A DNA stretch of 62,624 bases, the filler included, from Rhabdomonas costata (taxonomy: Eukaryota), in assembly GCA_019059605.1 (NCBI GenBank). It is 36 parts of 36 records of this genome, joined end to end, with 100 filler letters (N's around TTAATTAATTAA, not from the genome) between each part and the next. Parts side by side here need not be neighbours in the genome. Positions count along the whole stretch, not along the records: positions 60,983 to 62,624 come from JAHMHO010011449.1; 35 more parts are not named here. One strand, written 5' to 3'. Below the pieces are notes generated by a model. The model did no database searches and was not told where the DNA came from. It worked only from the letters and a program-made list of their open reading frames with translations. The first letter of the stretch is position 1; each line of letters opens with the position of its first letter. A program made the position numbers and the translations under genes. Shown piece by piece: positions 61,636 to 62,624 of this stretch.

Positions 61636-62105
61636 GGTGTGAGGCTGAAACTAGACCCCCCCACCCCCGTGAACCACCTGATTCACGGACTTGTAACATT
61701 TTTGGTTCATGGGCGTGAACCACAGTCTTTTTTCTCCGTCTGTTTGTCTTTTGGCTCCCTTGATGAGTTTCTCTCTGCTGTTTCGCGATGGGCGGTAAGT
61801 TGGGGATGTGGCAAAGGTGGGTTGGGTACAACTCGGGAGTGGGGTGGCACCGGCTGCGTCCTAAATAATCCAATCCCTCTGGGGGAGTTACACTCAAGGG
61901 AACAAATAGAGGCCCACTGCACGGGTATGCGCTGGCATTGGGTTGGGGGTTTTGTTTCGGCTTTGTTTCGGCAACACGTTTGCACAACACAGCATCCCGG
62001 TCCCTCCCCAGACACTTTGGTTCGCGTCCGTGTACCAGGTGAGGTGGTTCACGGAACCAGAGGGTTGGTTCACGGGGTGGGGGGGTCGAGTTTCAGCCTC
62101 GCACC
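61636..62105. mobile_element. MITE-like element, 470 bp, with ~43-bp imperfect terminal inverted repeats
   Basis: Left arm GGTGTGAGGCTGAAACTAGA-C-run-A-C-run-GTGAACCA (from 61636); right arm TGGTTCAC-G-run-T-G-run-TCGAGTTTCAGCCTCGCACC (to 62105); arms differ by substitutions; subterminal GGTTCACGG repeated. Confidence 0.6.
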
Positions 62106-62624
62106 TTGGGCTTTCCGAAACTGAGCGCTGACCGTTATAAGCAATGTAACCTAGCGAAATATACTTTTCTGCTGCCTCTAGGGATATATGTATGATGGGT
62201 TTTTTCCTCAGTGGTCTCGCATGAAGTGACCCTCTATGAAGTGACCCTTTGGCGTTTCCTTTGCACAAGTTTGTCTTCCTCGCTCAGGAGAGGTCAGTCG
62301 GGAGGGTAATTAGGCTTGATGTCCTCCTACCCACGCGCGTTTTTTTCTTCTTCAGATTCTTTCTGGGATAGACGTGTGTGTAGTCTTTTGTGTTTGACCA
62401 AGCTGCCTCACGGCAGTGGCCATGACGGAGTGGGAGGAGGCTGTTGAGGCGGTGGAGGAGCCCCCGGTGTCTTGTTACCAAGTTAACCCTGAAGCTCAGG
62501 GGCGCCCCCGAGTCTTCAAAGTCAAGGCTTCCTCGTCGCCAATGGCGCAGAGCTCGCCTCCTCCAGCGCTCAATTCCCCCCGGGATGGGACCACACCACC
62601 CGCCGCCGCCGCCGCCGCCGATGC

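Noticed and set aside
8915-62250. Short exact tandem duplications and simple repeats (CAACCTTGGATG x2 near 8915, CTATAGTT x4 near 14910, GAGTACCTC x2 near 22798, ATGAAGTGACCCT x2 near 62221, CA/GT and CT tracts)
   Set aside because: Ordinary slippage products with no spacer structure or shared motif.

Overview
This window is not a contiguous locus. It is 36 unrelated contigs of about 1.64 kb each (1-1643, 1744-3386, 3487-5129 ... 60983-62624), joined by an identical artificial 100-nt spacer (44 N + TTAATTAATTAA + 44 N), so gene neighbourhood across spacers means nothing. Most contig ends carry G/T-only (or C/A-only) tails, and several end in perfect fold-back hairpins, the signature of degenerate-primer whole-genome amplification. 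The DNA is from an intron-rich eukaryote: short GC3-rich exons, GT-AG introns and apparently some GC-AG introns. It is most likely a euglenozoan, probably a euglenid, based on an articulin-like protein, a kinetoplastid-like AHCY lacking the plant-type insert, a euglenozoan-type adenylate cyclase tail and a Euglena-like spliced-leader motif; this assignment is inference. Almost all ORF-track entries are spurious, so I rebuilt exons by hand and checked splice phase. Recognisable fragments: AHCY, p23, a two-CHORD protein, three protein kinases, a receiver domain, Sec14, F-box, ankyrin, PDZ, kelch-like, WD40-like, MAPEG-like and DUF4395. Best leads: a degenerate ADP-ribosyltransferase domain spliced in frame to a protein kinase (42365-43466), a candidate spliced-leader RNA gene (about 25522-25615), an intron-bearing bacterial-type DUF4395 gene, an unrecognised exon-encoded repeat motif, two MITE-like elements, and an ATG-TAG start anomaly in the CHORD gene. 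All family assignments come from motif recall; no searches were run.
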